DNA of 64,000 nt from Klebsormidium nitens (Eukaryota > Plantae > Klebsormidiophyceae): positions 92,397 to 156,396 of the forward strand of contig DF236996.1 of NCBI GenBank assembly GCA_000708835.1, written 5' to 3'. This document shows positions 58,801 through 64,000 of this stretch, in pieces. The notes beneath the pieces were generated by a model. It was given only the letters and a program-made list of their open reading frames with translations. It searched no databases and was not told the origin of the DNA. The translations under genes and the position numbers were made by a program. Position 1 is the stretch's first letter. Each line of letters opens with the position of its first letter.

Positions 58801-59600
58801 GGATGAATCCTTCGAATCTTGAGTACATCATTCTGCTAAGAATTATTGTAGCCCCTTGAAGGATTCCCTTACAAGATCTTGGTTTCGAAGGACTTGAGTG
58901 AATATCAGCCGAGTTGTTACTTTAGGCTACTCCAGCAGCGAAGAATGTGCACACGGAACCCCGGTGCAGAAGCATGCTAGGACGAGAACCTTGTAACAAC
59001 CAAACGAACCAACTACCCGGTGCCGGGTTGGCACCTCCGAAGACTTGGAGCTTACAAGAAGTCTCACAGCTCATGGCTTCCGTACACAGCCTCATATACT
59101 TGGAGGGCTTGAGCTTTCAGAAGTCACACACGTGGGAATTGATGCCCGCCTTGGCAGTTGACGAAGTTTGACAAAAAAGAACCATATACAATAGGCAATC
59201 CATCAGGACCGATAAGATTTGACTTGTTTAGTAGATGCGTCAGAGGAGACTTGGGCGATAAGGCGGACTTGAATCCGCTCCCTGGATGCGCAACCCATCG
59301 GCCTCTCTCGACAACGCTTCTCCGCTTTCCGTTCTGACGTGGACTTGGAAGTCTGCGTTTGTGCTTCAAGGAAAAGGACAGTCAGAATGCTTCCCTACAT
59401 ACATCAGAAAGACGAAAGAGTCCGTCTATTGTCGGATTAAACGGCTCAGAACCACCGCAGGATGGCAGCCCTGGATGGACATCCCATGGGCACCGGGATC
59501 ACAGCCTTTCGCATGCAATTATGAAGTCAATCTTTGGAGTAGTCGAAGAACCAACTCGTCGAACGATTTGGCCCCTGGGATCCCATGCATTAGAACTTGA
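43900..59600. repeat. Diverged tandem array of ~3.5-3.9 kb units (three near-full copies plus truncated ones), probably decayed coding or TE sequence
   Basis: Collinear markers: cacagcc(g/t)(t/g)cc at 44164, 45399, 49275, 52951, 57570; agcttatc(g/a)tcacagcc at 46450, 50093, 53991; acatcagagccggccct at 47501, 50993, 54895; gtggatgcga(a/g)aacga near 47292, 50816, 54709; aagcagtgct near 49727, 53389, 58007. Boundaries are approximate. Confidence 0.75.
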
Positions 59601-62600
59601 TATAGGATCTGCGTCGCAAAAACTGCGCGGAGCCTTAGCTCCAACTTCAGCATCCAATCGACGGCGATGGCAGAGGAAAAGGATGAAAAATTGCATAACC
59701 TAGGGCGCTGCCACGTGGCGTCGCTCGTACGCGGCTTGCCTTGCAATTGCTGCAGCCTCGCTACTTCGTCTGGTTGGTTAAGATCAGCCTGCTGACTGCA
59801 CGGGACGTTGTGATGCTCAGGAGCATTGAACACCGGACGGCGAAGGACCCTTGTCCAAGGAACCGAACCTTGAAAAGCAGAGGACGATCGTGCAGCCTAC
59901 CAGACCCAAACCATCAACAACGCCCGCTCTCCTGCATTCTTGAAACACACTTTCTTGGTTGTTTGCTTTTTGAAACCACCCCCAAGTAACCGCTTGGCTG
60001 AAAAGGGCCCATTGGGAATGTACATAGCCAAATCATGCCAAGGGGTTGAGTTGGCAGGCGCGTGGAGTTCCTTGCACACAGCGCCTTGTTTTGCCCTATA
60101 TCTTTGTACAGGGCCAGCCTGTTGACTGGCTCGACGGTGGAAAAGGTCCCTTCAAGGCCTGACGAAAAAGAGGAAGAGATCGTTGAGGTAGAGTACAACG
60201 GAGGTCCGAATACGGCCACGTATATAAGAAGACGCCAGAAACTGCTAAAAACTGCTTCAGAAACAAGAAGCGGGGTTCAAAGCAAGGTTCAGCACATGAG
60301 GCCCAAACACAAGCCTGAGTCGACGGCAACTTCAAGTTATCAGATAAGGCTCAGGACAGGTTCCATACAGACAACACTGGGTTTGCATCTACCCAACACG
60401 CTTGCTGCTTCCATCGTCGCCCTAAGAAAAGTGTTTTCCACCTTGACAGGACTCTCCTTGACTCCAGATGCTCTTTTGTCTTTGAATTTTTTGACCTCTC
60501 AAAAGCGGCTTTACTCCAATAGCATAGCTGGTAAAACTAAGATTATGGTAAAGGCCACGGCCACTCACGAGGAGATGATGCACTTTCCTGATCTGCTTAC
60601 AATAAACGACTTGAATGATTTTATTAGCTTGATCCGCTCATTTTCGAGATGGCCACCAATCCGAGGAAACGAACGTAGACGTTGACAGCAACCAGCACAG
60701 CATCAGAATTGCTAGTCTAGAAGGTTCAAACGTTGATCTAGAAACATGGGATCGCCGATCAGAAAAAAGAGAGTGCGGCAGGTGCAGCGTCCCTGCCGAA
60801 CAGACACGGATACTAAACATACAAAGAAACGCGCTCTTTTCCTGAGAGGGGTAGGAGGATTGCCCCGCTACGACTTCAGTAAACTTTCAAGCGCTTGGTT
60901 GACCTTCCTTCTATGAAAGTGGTTTTGATCAAACTACTGTAACTTCAAAGAACCTTCTGCCTTTCTATTCGAAGCGGCCTCTTTAGCAAAGGCCTAACCG
61001 GTTGCTTATTAGAAGCTAACAGTGCGTTCAAAGAGCTTGTTTGGGCTATCTGCAAGTAACTGCCAGTACCAAAAGCCTAAGAAAGTGCCGGCTCAACGCA
61101 CCAATCAAGCCATCCGTTGGGCTTGAAAAAACGACTCAGCCCAAGAAGGTCAATCTCATCTTAGCCTCACTTGAGATCAAATTATGGTTTAGCGGTTCCG
61201 GCCACTTGCCTCAACTCTACGAAAAGTGCTTTAAGACCCTCGCCGGCACGACCGAAAGTAGCAGCTAGAGAACGAGCAAGGCGAGGGGATCATCCAGACG
61301 TCTGTGCGGTCGGAATGCTGCTTTCGATCGCAATATCACCGGGTAATCGGACGATGTCCGCGACACGAGCAGACTCGTCCGGACCGGCACAGGAAGCTTT
61401 CGCCCTTACCAAGACTGGTTAAAGTGCAACGAACCAGATATAAACCCAGGTTCAGATGTAGAAGGGCATGTAACCAATCACGAGCCAAACTTGGTTAATA
61501 TCTGTTTCGTCCGGTGCGGACGCCTCACGGAAAGCTGGGGCATGGCTTTAAGCAGTTCCTTCACAACAAAACTTCCCAGGCACGGGCACGGCGAATATCC
61601 ACATACATACGAACGCTTCATCCAAATCGCCGGAGGTTTGAACGACTGGGAAGCAGCAGCAACCAATCGGACCATACTCGAGACGATACGAACAAACCCG
61701 CCGCATGCTGGCCGGTCAAGCAAACCCAACTGGAAACCCTCGGTTCAAGAATCCAGTCATACGAGGTCTTCCAGGCTTCGGGTGGAGCACCTCCAAAACG
61801 TAACGGGCATATGGGAAGTCAAAAGTTACAAGCAACTCAATACTTCCAACGCTCCAAGTTGTTCGTCGAGAGAATCTTGGTGGCTTGTTTCATTGCCCAC
61901 GACGGGTTATTTCAAGCGTATTTCGGCTGATTCACCCTCGGACGTTTATGCTCGGGATAAAGCGGCAGGACTCCATCAACCTTCATTTTACAGTTCAACT
62001 TTCGACACAACAAAACCTTGCACGATCATGAAAGCTGTAGCGCTCGTGAGAAGGAGCAGGAGGTTTTCTTTGTCCCCAGACTTACAGAGAAGAAAGATGA
62101 CATGAATGCGTCATGACGACCACGAGAGAGCAAGAGCTTTGATTCTCCTTGAGGATTGAGGCACTAAAATGCGCCGATTGAGCCTGAAACGCTGATTGAT
62201 ACGACGTCACTGCGGATTGCACAAGCCTTCAGATCGACGTGCGAAGAGCAGGACAACAAAGTCGCCATCTTCTCGCAACATACGGGTGCGAGGCATCAAA
62301 GGCCGCTGCGCTAACACGGAAACGGTCCGCGACTTGACCTTTTCTGTATCCAGCAAGGCCTAGGTCGAATTGTCAGAACAAGTACCTAGCACGGAACAAA
62401 CCAGGCGCAGCGCTTGCACGCTTCCGCCATGCAGCATTCTGTCGGATTCTTATTCTGATCGAGCTGAAGCTACTTCTTCTCAAGTGCACTCTAGAAAGTA
62501 CCTCAATCACAAACTCAAATGTCAGCGCGGTCGCCAAATGCTCCCGCAATATGGACGTCGGACGGCGGCGCTTCCCTCTGCTTAAAGTGCGGGCTCCAGG

Positions 62601-63233
62601 GGGAAACGAAAGCAGCCCACCTTGTGATTTAGAAGCGTCTTCCAATGCTAGGTCACAGCGAACATAAAACTACAAGATGGTTTTTTTAGAAAACTCAAGC
62701 GAAGTAGAATTTGTCCTTCAAAATAAAGAGCCTGCAGATTGGCCAGAGTGAAAAGTTTAAGTTTTGAGTGTATCTCGCGACAGGTCCGAGCAGTGCAAAG
62801 GCGACACAAGGATGCTGGAACTTGCAGAACAGCAACTTACTGTGCCAATCACAAGCTCACGTTATTTCATTCTGGGACAGACGTTATTGGATGGCATCCC
62901 TAGAAAAGCGGCTTAGATGATCACACCTCCCTGGTTGGGCTCCATCAAGAATGGCCCATTCAGTCGTTCCGTTCGTCATGGCCGTTCTCGTTTCGAATAA
63001 GATCACATGTTATAGCTCAAAATACATCGGCATCGGATGTAATATCAGCGGTGCAATCGCTTCAGAAAAAGCCGTGTGACGCAAAGGCGTCTCTGAAAAT
63101 GTCACTGTCAATCCATCCATAGATTTTCAGGGACTCAAGAGAATCAGAATCTGCCAGACGTCCGACATTTCGGCTTGGGTGCTGGTTGATCTCCATATGG
63201 GCCTTTTGGTTTGAGTTAAACTCGTTTCTGATC

Positions 63234-63268
63234 GGATACTGGATACCGGATACCGGATACCGGGTACC
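63234..63268. repeat. 7-bp microsatellite (GGATACC)x5
   Basis: ggatact ggatacc ggatacc ggatacc gggtacc. Confidence 0.85.
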
Positions 63269-64000
63269 CAAAACTGCTCTTTCTAGCGCAAATCATCCAT
63301 GTAAAGGAAGTCAAACCTCTGCAGACGTTTGACGGGGACGCGCAAAAACGGACGCACTCTCATCGACAGACTAGAAGCGAAAGAGCCGCGGTTGAGCAGC
63401 CCAATAACTCCGCTTTTGCGGGGCCAACCAATGCATCACGTGCAGGAGCTAGATGCATTCGAATCTGACCAATCCTGAGATGCGTTCTAGCGCAATAATG
63501 ACAAAGGCCTTGAAAGTGGGGGTTTATACTCTCAGCTGGCTCGACAACCGGCAGGAGAAGCTGGTGGCCTCGTCCTTGTATTCGCTATCGCTGATAGCGA
63601 CAGGCATCTCACTAACACGCCAACTTCTTGTGTGGTTACGCCAATTACTTCGGAGTTGACATCTCAAAGTTAAACAGTGACCTCAACCCCGAAGATTTCC
63701 TCCCTTTCAAGTGCAAAGCAGGATTATGGAGTTGTAGTCCGAACGTTCCCACAGCCCAGTTGCAGCTCAGAACCTCTGGGAGCGGTACGCAAGAAGGTAC
63801 GGTCATTCAAGACCTCTGTTGGTTGTTCTTGCTGAAGACCTTAATCTCAGGAGCGACCAATTGCAGAAGGCATCTGGGCTGTAATTCTGAAGTTGGTTGG
63901 AGGGGCCAATGAATACTCCCATCATAGCCTTCGACTCTTCAATTTTGTTGCCTGCATCCGCAATTACTAACGATGGCTTTGCTGCTTCCTGAAAGGGCAT

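Overview
Eukaryotic nuclear DNA with GC-rich exons, many 0.3-1.5 kb GT-AG introns and a 640-N assembly gap. The gene content and style fit a streptophyte green alga such as Klebsormidium (inference). I spliced five genes by hand. (1) The 3' 12 exons of ribophorin II/RPN2 (223-8470, +); one intron holds a group II intron reverse-transcriptase fragment. (2) An intronless bestrophin/UPF0187 (VCCN-like) channel (9773-10879, +). (3) A 4-exon secreted Cys-rich repeat protein (12895-15629, -). (4) Head-to-head with gene 3, a 31-exon, ~1,800-aa secreted chimera (19075-37171, +): three PMP-like GGA/FxxN beta-helix domains, a Pro-rich stalk, four 6-Cys modules and an AGP-like tail. (5) The 3' four exons of a conserved uncharacterised protein (39756-42935, -); its 5' half is not in the window, and one intron carries four extra copies of an exon end plus donor site. 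The spacer between genes 3 and 4 holds two MITE-like elements and is about 4-fold enriched in GTAC (the SBP/CuRE core), which is the best candidate for an undescribed co-regulated cell-surface system. The region 43.9-59.6 kb is a decayed tandem array of ~3.5-3.9 kb units with residual minus-strand coding signal. I could not annotate 59.6-64 kb. No rRNA, tRNA or CRISPR array was seen.
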